From an uncultured Treponemataceae bacterium (lineage in GTDB: Bacteria > Spirochaetota > Spirochaetia > Treponematales > Rectinemataceae), in the NCBI GenBank assembly GCA_964399065.1, contig CAYNPQ010000001.1:8717-72716 (forward strand): a stretch of DNA of 64,000 nt, given 5' to 3'. A model generated the notes under the pieces. That model made no database searches. It saw only the letters and a program-made list of their open reading frames with translations, and was not told where the DNA came from. Positions 1 to 8,190 of the stretch are shown here, one piece after another; position 1 is the first letter of the stretch; every line of letters begins with the position of its first letter. Both the position numbers and the translations under genes were made by a program.

Positions 1-771
1 GATGCGCTTCGCGTTCTCGGTCATCGTGACGAAGTCCTTGATGTGGTCGGTGGAGAGCTGGAGGTCGGCGAGGTTGACGCGGACGATGACCTCGCTCTTG
101 GTCTTGAGCTTGCGGAGGGCCTGCGCGATGTTCTGGACCACGACGCTCTTCTGGTTCTCGGAGATGACCTTGACGACCTTCTTCGCGACGAGGAGCACGA
201 GCTCGACGACCTGGGTCTCGGTCTCCGCGAGGATCTCGGCCCGCTTGTCCATGGCGCGGTCGAGGATGACGTGGAGCCGCCCGACGAGGCGCTCGGCCTC
301 GGCCTTGCCCTCGGAGTAGCCGGCCTCCCGGCCTTCCTCGCGGCCCTTCTTCGCGGCCTCGCGCTCCGCGGCCTCGACCCGCTCGCGGGCCTGGGACTCG
401 AGCTCGGCGACGCGCGCCTCGGCCGCGGACACGACCCGCGCGGCCTCCTCGTCGGCCTCCTGCCTCGCCTTCTGGGCCTGGTTGGCCTTGCGCCGCACCT
501 CCTCGAAGGCGGCGGCCTCGGCCTCCTTGACGATGCGCTCCGCCTCGGCCCTCGCCGCGGCGACCATGCCCTCGCGCTCCTTGTCCCACTGCGCCTTGAA
601 GGCCTCGGCCTCCCTGCGCAGGTCGTCGGCGCTCGGGCCCGCATACTCCTCGACGGAGGCGACGGGCGCCGCCTCCTCGGCCTCCTCGACCTCGTCCTGG
701 CCCTCGTGCTTGATGAGCATCGTGGACTGGAGCGCGACGACCTCGAAGGGCCGGAACACGGTTTTCGCCAT
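1..771 (-). CDS. fliH: Flagellar export/assembly protein FliH, N-terminal 257 codons (3' end cut by window edge)
   Basis: Absent from the ORF track (no in-window stop). Reverse-strand ATG at 771..769 opens MAKTVFRPFEVVALQSTMLIKHEGQDEVEE... and the frame stays open to nt 1 (...DFVTMTENAKRI). It has a Glu/Ala/Arg-rich coiled segment followed by LVLLVAKKVVKVISENQ. It directly follows fliG, as in flgB-type operons. Confidence 0.75.
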   Translation of the reverse strand, partial: MAKTVFRPFEVVALQSTMLIKHEGQDEVEEAEEAAPVASVEEYAGPSADDLRREAEAFKAQWDKEREGMVAAARAEAERIVKEAEAAAFEEVRRKANQAQKARQEADEEAARVVSAAEARVAELESQARERVEAAEREAAKKGREEGREAGYSEGKAEAERLVGRLHVILDRAMDKRAEILAETETQVVELVLLVAKKVVKVISENQKSVVVQNIAQALRKLKTKSEVIVRVNLADLQLSTDHIKDFVTMTENAKRI

Positions 772-783
772 GGTTCATGCTCC

Positions 784-1869
784 CTATTGTACGAGCTCGT
801 CGCCTTCGCCGCGGGAGATGATGATCTCGCCGGTCTCCTCGAGATGGCGGATGATGGCGACGATCTTCTGCTGCCCCTCCTCCACGTCCTTGAGGCGGAC
901 GGGGCCCATGAACTCCATGTCCTCCTTGAGCATCGTGGCGGCGCGCTTGGACATGTTCTTGTAGATCTTCTCCTGGACCTCGTTGTCGACGCCCTTGAGC
1001 GCCTTGGCGAGCTCCTGGCCGTCGACCTCGCGGAGGACCTTCTGGATGGAGCGGTCGTCGAGGAGGACGATGTCCTCGAACACGAACATCTTCTTCTTGA
1101 TGTCCTCGGCGAGCTCGGGGCTGTCCTCCTCGAGGGCCTCGATGATGCCCTTCTCCGAGGTGCGGTCGACGAGGTTGAGGATCTCGACGATGGAGTCGAC
1201 GCCGCCGGCCGAGGTGAAGTCCTCGCTCGACAGCGTGGAGAGCTTCTTCTCGAGGACGCGCTCGACCTCGCGGAGGGTCTCGGGCGAGGTGCGGTCCATC
1301 GTGGCGATGCGCTTCGCGACGTCGGACTGCACCTCGTGGGGCAGCTTCTGCAGGATGTAGGCGGCCTTGTTCGGCTCGAGGTAGGCCAGGATGAGCGATA
1401 TCGTCTGCGGGTGCTCGGTCTGGATGAAGTTGAGGAGGTGGGCCGGGTCGGTCCGGCGGATGAAGACGAAGGGCCGCACCTGGAGCGTCGAGGTCAGGCG
1501 GTTGATGATGTCGATGGCGCGCTGCGAGCCCAGGGCCTTCTCGAGGAGCTCGCGGGCGTAGTCGATGCCGCCGGAGGTGATGAACTCCGCGGCCATCATG
1601 AGCTCCTGGAACTCGGTGAGGACCGCGTCCTTCTGGTCGGGCTCGACGGACTCGAGCCGCGCTATCTCGAAGGTCAGGGTCTCGATCTCGTCCTCCCTGA
1701 GGTGCTTGAAGATCTCCGCGGAGATCTCCGAGCCGAGGGTGACGAGGAAGATGGCCGCCTTCGAGCGCCCCGACAGGTCCTTGGTCCCGCGGGACTTCTT
1801 GGACGGGGCGTGCTCGGCGGCCGCGGCGGCGGGCGCGGGCCCGGCCTTGGCCTGCTGCTGCTTGGCCAT
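784..1869 (-). CDS. fliG: Flagellar motor switch protein FliG
   Basis: 361-aa ORF with FliG-typical segments EDEIETLTFEIARLE, QRAIDIINRL, LREVDGQELAKALKG and MSKRAATMLKEDMEFMGPVRLKDVEEGQQKIV. Follows fliF. Confidence 0.95.
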   Translation of the reverse strand: MAKQQQAKAGPAPAAAAAEHAPSKKSRGTKDLSGRSKAAIFLVTLGSEISAEIFKHLREDEIETLTFEIARLESVEPDQKDAVLTEFQELMMAAEFITSGGIDYARELLEKALGSQRAIDIINRLTSTLQVRPFVFIRRTDPAHLLNFIQTEHPQTISLILAYLEPNKAAYILQKLPHEVQSDVAKRIATMDRTSPETLREVERVLEKKLSTLSSEDFTSAGGVDSIVEILNLVDRTSEKGIIEALEEDSPELAEDIKKKMFVFEDIVLLDDRSIQKVLREVDGQELAKALKGVDNEVQEKIYKNMSKRAATMLKEDMEFMGPVRLKDVEEGQQKIVAIIRHLEETGEIIISRGEGDELVQ

Positions 1870-1872
1870 GGG

Positions 1873-3579
1873 CTATTCCTCCCTGATCCAGGTCCGGATG
1901 AGCTGGGCGACGTCCTCGGGGTGCTCCTTGGCCATGTTGATGGCGTGCTCCTGGAGCTCGAGGCGCTTGCGCTCCTCGACCGACATGGACACCTCGATGT
2001 TCTGCTCCTCGGCCTGGCGGATCGCGTTCTCGCGCAGCATGCTCTGCTCGATCGCGCGCTTCTCCTCCGCGATCCTCCGCCGCCGCTCGAGCTCCCTCGA
2101 CACGACGCGGAACACGATGAAGGCCACCATGAGGACGGCGAGGCCGATGAGGGAGTAGAGGATGACCTGGTTGGTCTGCTGCCTGCGGAAGTAGCCCTCG
2201 TCCTCGGTCTTGAACTGGGAGCTGCGGTCGAAGCGGATGTTCTGCACGGTCACCGAGTCGCCGCGGTCGCGGTTGTAGCCGATGGCGTCGCGGATGAGGG
2301 CCTCGGCCTGCTTGAGCTCCTCGGGGGGGATCGCCACATACTCGCGGTCGATGCCGCCCTGGGGCATCGTCTTGGCGCGGCCCCGCTCGTCGTACTTCCA
2401 GCGCCAGACGCCGTCGATGTTGACCGAGGCGGTGATGCGCTCGATCGAGGGCGAGCGCTCCTCGTCGATGTTGCGCTGGTTGATCTCCTCGTTGACCTTG
2501 GTCTTCTTCTCGACGTACTTGCCCTGCATGTTCTGCAGGTCCTTGTAGGCGGGGGCCGTCTGCCCCTCGGCGCCGGCGGGGCCCTCGGGGTTGAAGCCGG
2601 TGCCCTGCCACTCGGAGGAGGTCTCCTCGCGGGAGCGCGTGACCGAGGGCTCGATGCGCGAGTCGTCGTAGGGGGTGCGCGGGTTGTCCGGCTTTATGGT
2701 GACGGGGAAGAACTCCTGCGTCTTGACCGACTTCTTCGACATGTCCATGTCGATCTTGATGTTGAGGTCGCGGACGCGGTCCGGGGTGTAGATCTGCTGG
2801 AGGGCCTTGAGCACCGAGGCGCGGTACTTGGCCTCGAGCTCCTGGATGATCTTCTGCTCCTTCTTGGTCTTCTCGAGGCGGTCGAAGTCGGCGAGGTTGG
2901 CGAAGTCGTTGAGGATGATGCCGTTCTGGTCGGTGATGACGATGCTCTCGTCCTTGAGCCCCTCGACGGCGAACTTGAGGATCTTCTGGACGCCCTCGAT
3001 CTTCTTGCGGTTCTGGACGAGGTCCGAGCCGGGCTTGGGGTAGAGGATCACGCTCGCCGTGACGGGCTTCTGGTCCTCCTGGAAGAGCTCCTTCTCCGGC
3101 ATGACGACGGTGACGTTGGCCTTGTCCACGTCGTCGAGGGCCTCGATCTGGCGGGTGACCTGCCCGATGATGGCGCGGCGCAGGTTGACGTTGCGCTCGA
3201 AGTCGGTGGTGGTCCACCTCTGGACGTCGAAGATGGCCCAGGGATCGGTGCCCTTGGGGATGAGGTCCTCGCGGATCAGGATGCCCTTGGCGCGCAGGGC
3301 CGTCTTCTCGTCCTTGACGAGGATCTGGTTGCCCTCGGCGACGCTGTAGGCGATGCCCTCGGTGTCGAGCCTCGAGGTGATGAGCCTGAGCTCGTCGTCG
3401 GTCTTAAGCGGCGTGCCGAGGAGCTTGACCATGGTCGGGGCGGCCGACACGCGGAAGAGCAGGAAGACCGCGATGATCGCCACCAGGACTATGCCCCCGA
3501 GGATGAGCTTCTGGACCAAGGTCCACTTGGACCACAAGGCCTTCGCCTGCTCGAGGAATTTCTTGATCGCCTCGTTCAT
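1873..3579 (-). CDS. fliF: Flagellar M-ring protein FliF
   Basis: 568-aa ORF with an N-terminal TM (LILGGIVLVAIIAVFLLF), a large periplasmic ring region, a C-terminal TM (VILYSLIGLAVLMVAFIVF) and a cytoplasmic tail. 3-nt gap to fliG. Confidence 0.95.
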   Translation of the reverse strand: MNEAIKKFLEQAKALWSKWTLVQKLILGGIVLVAIIAVFLLFRVSAAPTMVKLLGTPLKTDDELRLITSRLDTEGIAYSVAEGNQILVKDEKTALRAKGILIREDLIPKGTDPWAIFDVQRWTTTDFERNVNLRRAIIGQVTRQIEALDDVDKANVTVVMPEKELFQEDQKPVTASVILYPKPGSDLVQNRKKIEGVQKILKFAVEGLKDESIVITDQNGIILNDFANLADFDRLEKTKKEQKIIQELEAKYRASVLKALQQIYTPDRVRDLNIKIDMDMSKKSVKTQEFFPVTIKPDNPRTPYDDSRIEPSVTRSREETSSEWQGTGFNPEGPAGAEGQTAPAYKDLQNMQGKYVEKKTKVNEEINQRNIDEERSPSIERITASVNIDGVWRWKYDERGRAKTMPQGGIDREYVAIPPEELKQAEALIRDAIGYNRDRGDSVTVQNIRFDRSSQFKTEDEGYFRRQQTNQVILYSLIGLAVLMVAFIVFRVVSRELERRRRIAEEKRAIEQSMLRENAIRQAEEQNIEVSMSVEERKRLELQEHAINMAKEHPEDVAQLIRTWIREE

Positions 3580-3720
3580 AACCCCCCCAGTGCGCGCGCC
3601 CCGCCCCTCAAGGACGGCCCGCCCGCTCCCGATCGCGCTCCCCCGCTACCCCGCCGGGATTCCCCGCCGCGGACGCCTCCCCAAGGCGGCCGCGGCTCCC
3701 GTCGGATCGCGGAAGGCGGA
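3580..3720 (-). other. 141-nt non-coding intra-operon spacer, G-tract-rich on the mRNA (minus) strand
   Basis: No credible ORF. At least ten runs of GGG or longer on the minus strand. The last run (GGGGGGG, 3588..3582) lies 2 nt upstream of the fliF ATG. Confidence 0.7.
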
Positions 3721-4134
3721 TCATCTCGTATTGATCACGTCCTTCCACGCGGTGACGACGCGCGAGAGTATCGTCTTCGCCAGGTTGAGCGAAAGGTTCG
3801 CCTCAGCCATCGCGATGGTCACGTCCTGCGCGTCGACCGAGTCCGGATCGACAATCATCCTCTGCAAAAGATCCTCGCCCTTCGCCTGGTAGGCGTCGAC
3901 GCCTTCCATGGCCGAGAGGAGCGCGTCCTCGAAGCTGCCGCCCTCCGCCGCCCCCTCGCCCGCCGCGACTCCGTCGAGCACGGCTGACAAGGGGCTCGCC
4001 GCCGCGCTCCCGATGGAATCGTAAATCGGCTTGGCGAGCGGCCCCGATATTCCCTTCGCAGTGTAGTCCAGCGCGGGGCGCCGCGCAAGTACGTTGGCCG
4101 CCGCAGATACGGAATCGCTTACGGAAAAGGCCAT
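3721..4134 (-). CDS. fliE: Flagellar hook-basal body complex protein FliE
   Basis: 137-aa Ala/Ser-rich ORF between flgC and fliF, ending ...VTIAMAEANLSLNLAKTILSRVVTAWKDVINTR (FliE-like C-terminal helix). Size and position are typical. Confidence 0.8.
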   Translation of the reverse strand: MAFSVSDSVSAAANVLARRPALDYTAKGISGPLAKPIYDSIGSAAASPLSAVLDGVAAGEGAAEGGSFEDALLSAMEGVDAYQAKGEDLLQRMIVDPDSVDAQDVTIAMAEANLSLNLAKTILSRVVTAWKDVINTR

Positions 4135-4140
4135 TTTTCA

Positions 4141-4596
4141 CTACCTCCCGATCTCGAGGGCCTTGAGGAACATGGCCTTGGAGCCGTTCGCGATGGCCGA
4201 ATTGGCCTCGTAGGCCCGCGATGCGGCTATCATGTCGACCATCTCGGTCACGATGTTCACGTTGGGCATCTCGACGTAGCCGGTCTTGGGCCCGGACTTG
4301 ATGGCGTCGGGATGGGTCGGGTCGTAGACGAGGCGGGGCGGCGAGTCGTCCTTCTCGACGGTCGAGACGCGGACGCCGCGCCCGGAGCCCTCGTCGAAGG
4401 AGGCGGGCTGGAAGGGGAGACGGAAGTAGGGCGTCTCCTTGATCGGCCTGAGGATGACCCTGCTCCGCCTGAAGGGGCCGCCCTCGGGCGTGCGGGTCGT
4501 GCTCGAGTTCGCGATGTTGTCGGAGATGACGTCGGAGCGGAGGCGCTCGACGCTCATGCCCGTCGCGGCGATGTTGATCGACGTGAAGAGGCCCAT
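4141..4596 (-). CDS. flgC: Flagellar basal-body rod protein FlgC
   Basis: 151 aa with the rod N-terminal motif MGLFTSINIAATGMSVERLRSDVISDNIANSSTTRT and C-terminal MVDMIAASRAYEANSAIANGSKAMFLKALEI. Confidence 0.95.
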   Translation of the reverse strand: MGLFTSINIAATGMSVERLRSDVISDNIANSSTTRTPEGGPFRRSRVILRPIKETPYFRLPFQPASFDEGSGRGVRVSTVEKDDSPPRLVYDPTHPDAIKSGPKTGYVEMPNVNIVTEMVDMIAASRAYEANSAIANGSKAMFLKALEIGR

Positions 4597-4607
4597 CCCC
4601 TACCCCC

Positions 4608-5027
4608 TTACCGCAGCACCAGGTTGACCTGGCCGAACTCGAAGTTGATCGCCTGGGTCTCGAGCGTGTACATGAGCTGGTTGCGGAGCGAGGCCATGGC
4701 CTCCTCCTCCGCGTCCACGTTGTTGCCGTTGTTCTTGGCCGTCGTCAGGTAGTCGAGGACCCGCCGGGGCTTCACGCTCCGGTAGTCGATCGGGCCGTCG
4801 TCGCCGATGTGGCCGGGGTGGGTCACCGCCAGCCTGAGGGAGGGCTCGGCCCGCTCGGAGTCGAGGGCGCGCTTGAGCGAGGCCTCGAAGTTGACGGTCG
4901 AGCGCTTGAAATTCGGGACGTCGGCGTTGGCGATGTTGTCGGCGATCACCTGCCGCCTCAAGGTCTCCACGTCGAGCGATCGGTGGAGGAGGTCTATCGT
5001 CTTCCCGAACCTGGTTCCTTCGAACAT
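4608..5027 (-). CDS. flgB: Flagellar basal-body rod protein FlgB
   Basis: 139 aa with LDVETLRRQVIADNIANADVPNFKRS and C-terminal EEEAMASLRNQLMYTLETQAINFEF. First gene of the rod/ring operon. Confidence 0.95.
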   Translation of the reverse strand: MFEGTRFGKTIDLLHRSLDVETLRRQVIADNIANADVPNFKRSTVNFEASLKRALDSERAEPSLRLAVTHPGHIGDDGPIDYRSVKPRRVLDYLTTAKNNGNNVDAEEEAMASLRNQLMYTLETQAINFEFGQVNLVLR

Positions 5028-5110
5028 TGCCTTCTTCTCCCTCTTCTTCCTTCTCGGCGCTAAGAAGACCGTACATTACCGAAACCGAAGAACAACGCCG
5101 AAAGGAGAGA

Positions 5111-5352
5111 AACCACGGAGCCACAGAGGGAAGAGGAGATCACGGAGGGGGGAAAAAAGAGATATAGGGTATAGGAATGGGGAACCCGGGGCTTTCGTCC
5201 CGATATGCCGATCGCGCGCTGCCGAATACTACAGCGATCCATGGATTGCACCCTCACCCTTCTTCCCTTTCCAAATCTCATCTCATCCTCTCCCCTCTTT
5301 CTTCTATTCCTCCGTGATCTCTCTCCACTCTTCCCTCCGTGTCTCCGTGGTT
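5111..5352. repeat. Long-range imperfect inverted repeat (arms 5111..5148 and 5309..5352) within a purine/pyrimidine strand-asymmetric spacer
   Basis: aaccacggagccacagagggaagaggagatcacggagg (5111..5148) is the near reverse complement of cctccgtgatctctctccactcttccctccgtgtctccgtggtt (5309..5352). Matching blocks of 10, 3, 10 and 11 nt are interrupted by two mismatches and one small indel. Confidence 0.85.
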
Positions 5353-5371
5353 GCCTTTCCCTTCTTGTTCG

Positions 5372-6736
5372 TCAGAGTATGTACCGGCTCAGGTCCTGCT
5401 TCTGGGCGAAGTCCACGAAGCGGGCGTCCACGTAGGCCCGGTCCACGGGGACCTTCACGCCCGCCATCGAAGGCGCCTCGAAGGAGAGCTCGTCGAGGAG
5501 CCGCTCCATGACGGTCTGCAGCCGCCGCGCGCCTATGTTCTCGGTCGCGGAGTTGGCCGCGGCCGCGATCTCGGCGACGCGCGAGATGGCCTCGGGCGAG
5601 AACTCGAGCTCGACCCCCTCGGTGGAGAGGAGCTGGGTGTACTGCTTGACGAGGGCGTTGCGCGGCTCCGTGAGGATCCGCTCGAAGTCCTTCGCGGAGA
5701 GGGCCTCGAGCTCGACGCGGATCGGGAAGCGCCCCTGCAGCTCGGGGATCAGGTCCTGCGGCTTCGACACGTTGAAGGCGCCCGCGGCGATGAAGAGGAT
5801 GTGCGTCGTGTCGACGACGCCCCACTTCGTGTTGACCGTCGAGCCCTCCACGATGGGCAGGATGTCGCGCTGGACGCCCTCGCGGGAGACGTCGACGCCG
5901 CCCGAGGAGCGCCCCTCGCGGTTGGCGATCTTGTCGATCTCGTCGATGAAGACGATGCCCGTCTCCTGCACCCTCCGCCTCGCCTCCTCGGCCGCCCGGT
6001 CGAGGTCGACGAGCTTGTCGAGCTCCTCGGCCGCGAGGATCCTGCGGGCCTCGGCGACGCTCACGGTCTTCTTCTTGCGCTTGCCGCCGAAGAGGCCGGA
6101 GAGCCCGCCGAGGGCGACCTCCATCTCCTCCATCTGGTTGCCGGAGAAGATCTCGATGGCGGGGCCGCCGCCCTGGACGGTTATCTCCACCTCGCGCGCG
6201 TCGAGCTTGCCGGCCGCGAGGAGGGCGCGGAAGCGCTCGCGCGTGTCCCCTCCCGCGGGGGCGGACGGCGCTTCGGCCTCGCCGCCGGGGGCGGGCTCCT
6301 GGCCCTTGATCCCCGGCAGGAGGAGGTCGAGGAGGCGCTCCTCGGCGCGGCGCGCCGCCTCCTCGCGGACGCCGGCCTGCATCTCGTCCTTGACCATGGC
6401 GACGCCGGCGGCCATGAGGTCGCGGATCATGGACTCGACGTCGCGGCCGACGTAGCCGACCTCGGTGTACTTGGTCGCCTCGACCTTGACGAAGGGGGCG
6501 CCGCAGAGCTTGGCCAGGCGGCGCGCGATCTCGGTCTTGCCCACGCCCGTGGGCCCGATCATGAGGATGTTCTTCGGCGCGATCTCGTCGCGGATGTCCT
6601 CGGCCAGGCGCTGGCGGCGCATCCGGTTCCGTAGGGCGATGGCGACCGCGCGCTTGGCCCTCTCCTGCCCGACGATGTAGCGGTCGAGCTCCTCGACGAT
6701 GCGCCGCGGGGTCATCACGTCGAATTCGCCGGTCAT
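5372..6736 (-). CDS. hslU: ATP-dependent protease ATPase subunit HslU
   Basis: Track ORF 5372..7141 trimmed to the ATG at 6736 ([38 protein letters not shown]..., Walker [16 protein letters not shown]). The 135 upstream codons are Arg/Gly-rich and overlap hslV. ATGA overlap with the hslV stop. Confidence 0.95.
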   Translation of the reverse strand: MTGEFDVMTPRRIVEELDRYIVGQERAKRAVAIALRNRMRRQRLAEDIRDEIAPKNILMIGPTGVGKTEIARRLAKLCGAPFVKVEATKYTEVGYVGRDVESMIRDLMAAGVAMVKDEMQAGVREEAARRAEERLLDLLLPGIKGQEPAPGGEAEAPSAPAGGDTRERFRALLAAGKLDAREVEITVQGGGPAIEIFSGNQMEEMEVALGGLSGLFGGKRKKKTVSVAEARRILAAEELDKLVDLDRAAEEARRRVQETGIVFIDEIDKIANREGRSSGGVDVSREGVQRDILPIVEGSTVNTKWGVVDTTHILFIAAGAFNVSKPQDLIPELQGRFPIRVELEALSAKDFERILTEPRNALVKQYTQLLSTEGVELEFSPEAISRVAEIAAAANSATENIGARRLQTVMERLLDELSFEAPSMAGVKVPVDRAYVDARFVDFAQKQDLSRYIL

Positions 6737-7266
6737 GCGATCTCCTCCACGACGATCCGGTCGTTCGTGTAGATGCAGATGCCCGCGGCGATCCTGAGGC
6801 TCCGCTCCGCGACCTCGCGGGCGCTCAGATCCGAGCTGTCGAGGTAGGCCAAGGCCGCCGAGTAGGCGTAGTTGCCGCCCGAGCCGATGGCGATCACGTC
6901 CTCGGCCGGCTCGATCACGTCGCCCGTGCCGGAGAGGAGGAGGGATTTGGCGGAGTCGGCGACGAGGAGGAGGGCCTCGAGCTTGCGCAGGATCTTGTCC
7001 GTCCTCCAGTCCTTCGCGAGCTCGACCGCGGCCCTCGTGAGGTCGTTCTGGTACTCCTTGAGCTTGGCCTCGAAGTGCTCGAAGAGGGTGAAGGCGTCCG
7101 CGGTCGCCCCCGCGAAGCCGACGAGCACCTTGCCGTCGCATATCGCGCGGACCTTGCGCGCGTTGCTCTTCATCACGGTTTCGCCCATCGTGACCTGCCC
7201 GTCGCCGGCCATCGCCACGCGGCCGCCGCGGCGCACCGCGATCACCGTCGTCGATCTGATCCTCAT
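6733..7266 (-). CDS. hslV: ATP-dependent protease subunit HslV (ClpQ)
   Basis: Track ORF trimmed to the ATG at 7266: [40 protein letters not shown]... The N-terminal Thr nucleophile context (TTV) follows a short leader; GSGGNYA is present. Confidence 0.95.
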   Translation of the reverse strand: MRIRSTTVIAVRRGGRVAMAGDGQVTMGETVMKSNARKVRAICDGKVLVGFAGATADAFTLFEHFEAKLKEYQNDLTRAAVELAKDWRTDKILRKLEALLLVADSAKSLLLSGTGDVIEPAEDVIAIGSGGNYAYSAALAYLDSSDLSAREVAERSLRIAAGICIYTNDRIVVEEIA

Positions 7267-8189
7267 CGTTTCCTCTCCCGGCGCCCGGCGGCGTGGGGGT
7301 GGGCCCGGTCGTAGACCTTCCGGAGCCGTTCCATGTCGACGTGCGCGTATACTTGGGTCGTCGAGACGCTCGAATGCCCCAGGAGCTCCTGCACGGCGCG
7401 GATGTCCGCGCCCGCGGCGACGAGATGCGTCGCGAAGCTGTGCCTGAAGGCGTGCGGCGTGACGCGGCGGGGGAATCCCGCGCGCTCGGCGTAGCCCTGC
7501 ACTATCCATTCCATGCCCCGCTCGCTGAGGCGCCCGCCCCTCGAGTTGACGAAGACGCTGCGGAGGCCCTCCGCGCCGCGCCGCCCGAGGAGGGCCGCCC
7601 TGAGCGGGAGGTAGGCCGCCACGGCCTCGCGCGCCGGCGGGGCGAGGAAGACGACCCGCTCCTTCGCGCCCTTGCCGCGGACGCGGGCGACGCCCTCCGC
7701 GAGGTCGAGGCGCTCGAGCTCGAGGCCCGCGGCCTCGCCGACGCGGCAGCCCGTGCTGTAGAGGAACTCGAGGAGGGCCCGGTCCCGCGCCGAGGCGAAA
7801 TCGGAGCCGTCGGCGAGGGCGATGAAGTCCGCGGTCTCCTCCTCGAAGAGGAAGCGGGGCAGCCGCCGCCGCGAGGGCAGGCCTTCGACGTCCCGCGCGG
7901 GATCGGCCGCGAGCTCCCCGAAGCGGACGCGGTAGCGGTAGTAGCCGCGCACCGCCGAGAGGGCGCGGTTCACGCTCGCGCCGGCCTTGCCCCCGGCGAC
8001 CAGGCCGGCCGCGAAGGCGCGGACCTCCGCGGGCGAGGCCGCGTCGAGGTCCACGCCGGCTCCGGCCTTGCAGGAGGCGAGGAAGGACTCGTAGCGCCCG
8101 AGGTCCTCGCCGTAGGAGCGGAGGGTCCGCTCCGAGAGTCCCCTCACGGCGCCCTGGTAGGCGAGGAAGGCCTCTATCCTCCGGTCCAT
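7263..8189 (-). CDS. xerC: Tyrosine recombinase XerC (CodV-like)
   Basis: 308 aa. N-terminal core-binding domain and C-terminal catalytic motifs ([40 protein letters not shown]). Sits upstream of hslVU like B. subtilis codV. ATGA overlap with hslV. Confidence 0.85.
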   Translation of the reverse strand: MDRRIEAFLAYQGAVRGLSERTLRSYGEDLGRYESFLASCKAGAGVDLDAASPAEVRAFAAGLVAGGKAGASVNRALSAVRGYYRYRVRFGELAADPARDVEGLPSRRRLPRFLFEEETADFIALADGSDFASARDRALLEFLYSTGCRVGEAAGLELERLDLAEGVARVRGKGAKERVVFLAPPAREAVAAYLPLRAALLGRRGAEGLRSVFVNSRGGRLSERGMEWIVQGYAERAGFPRRVTPHAFRHSFATHLVAAGADIRAVQELLGHSSVSTTQVYAHVDMERLRKVYDRAHPHAAGRRERKR

Positions 8190-8190
8190 G

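Noticed and set aside
43-3987. 1314-aa + strand ORF spanning the whole fliH-fliE region (also 21..644 on the minus strand).
   Set aside because: It is antisense to five well-supported flagellar genes. Its composition (Leu/Asp/Gly/Glu/Arg/Ala runs) is the mirror image of the real codons. Stop-free antisense frames are expected at this GC content.
5219-5230. GCCGAATA, resembling the sigma-28 -10 element GCCGATAA, in the flgB upstream spacer.
   Set aside because: It lies on the + strand, pointing away from flgB. No TAAA-type -35 sits at the required distance.
5060-5435. Small ORFs 5060..5281 (minus) and 5205..5435 (plus) inside the hslU-flgB spacer.
   Set aside because: Low-complexity Ser/Leu/Phe/Pro translations of homopurine/homopyrimidine DNA. 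No RBS and no G/C third-position preference.
6737-7141. Long N-terminal extensions on tracked ORFs for hslU (to 7141), hslV (to 7509), ftsZ (to 15154), xerD (to 13286), ComFB-like (to 27385), HD (to 28379), rplT, argR and fapA.
   Set aside because: The extensions overlap the preceding gene and are Arg/Gly/Pro-rich. Each contains an internal start preceded by an RBS where the conserved N-terminus of the family begins.
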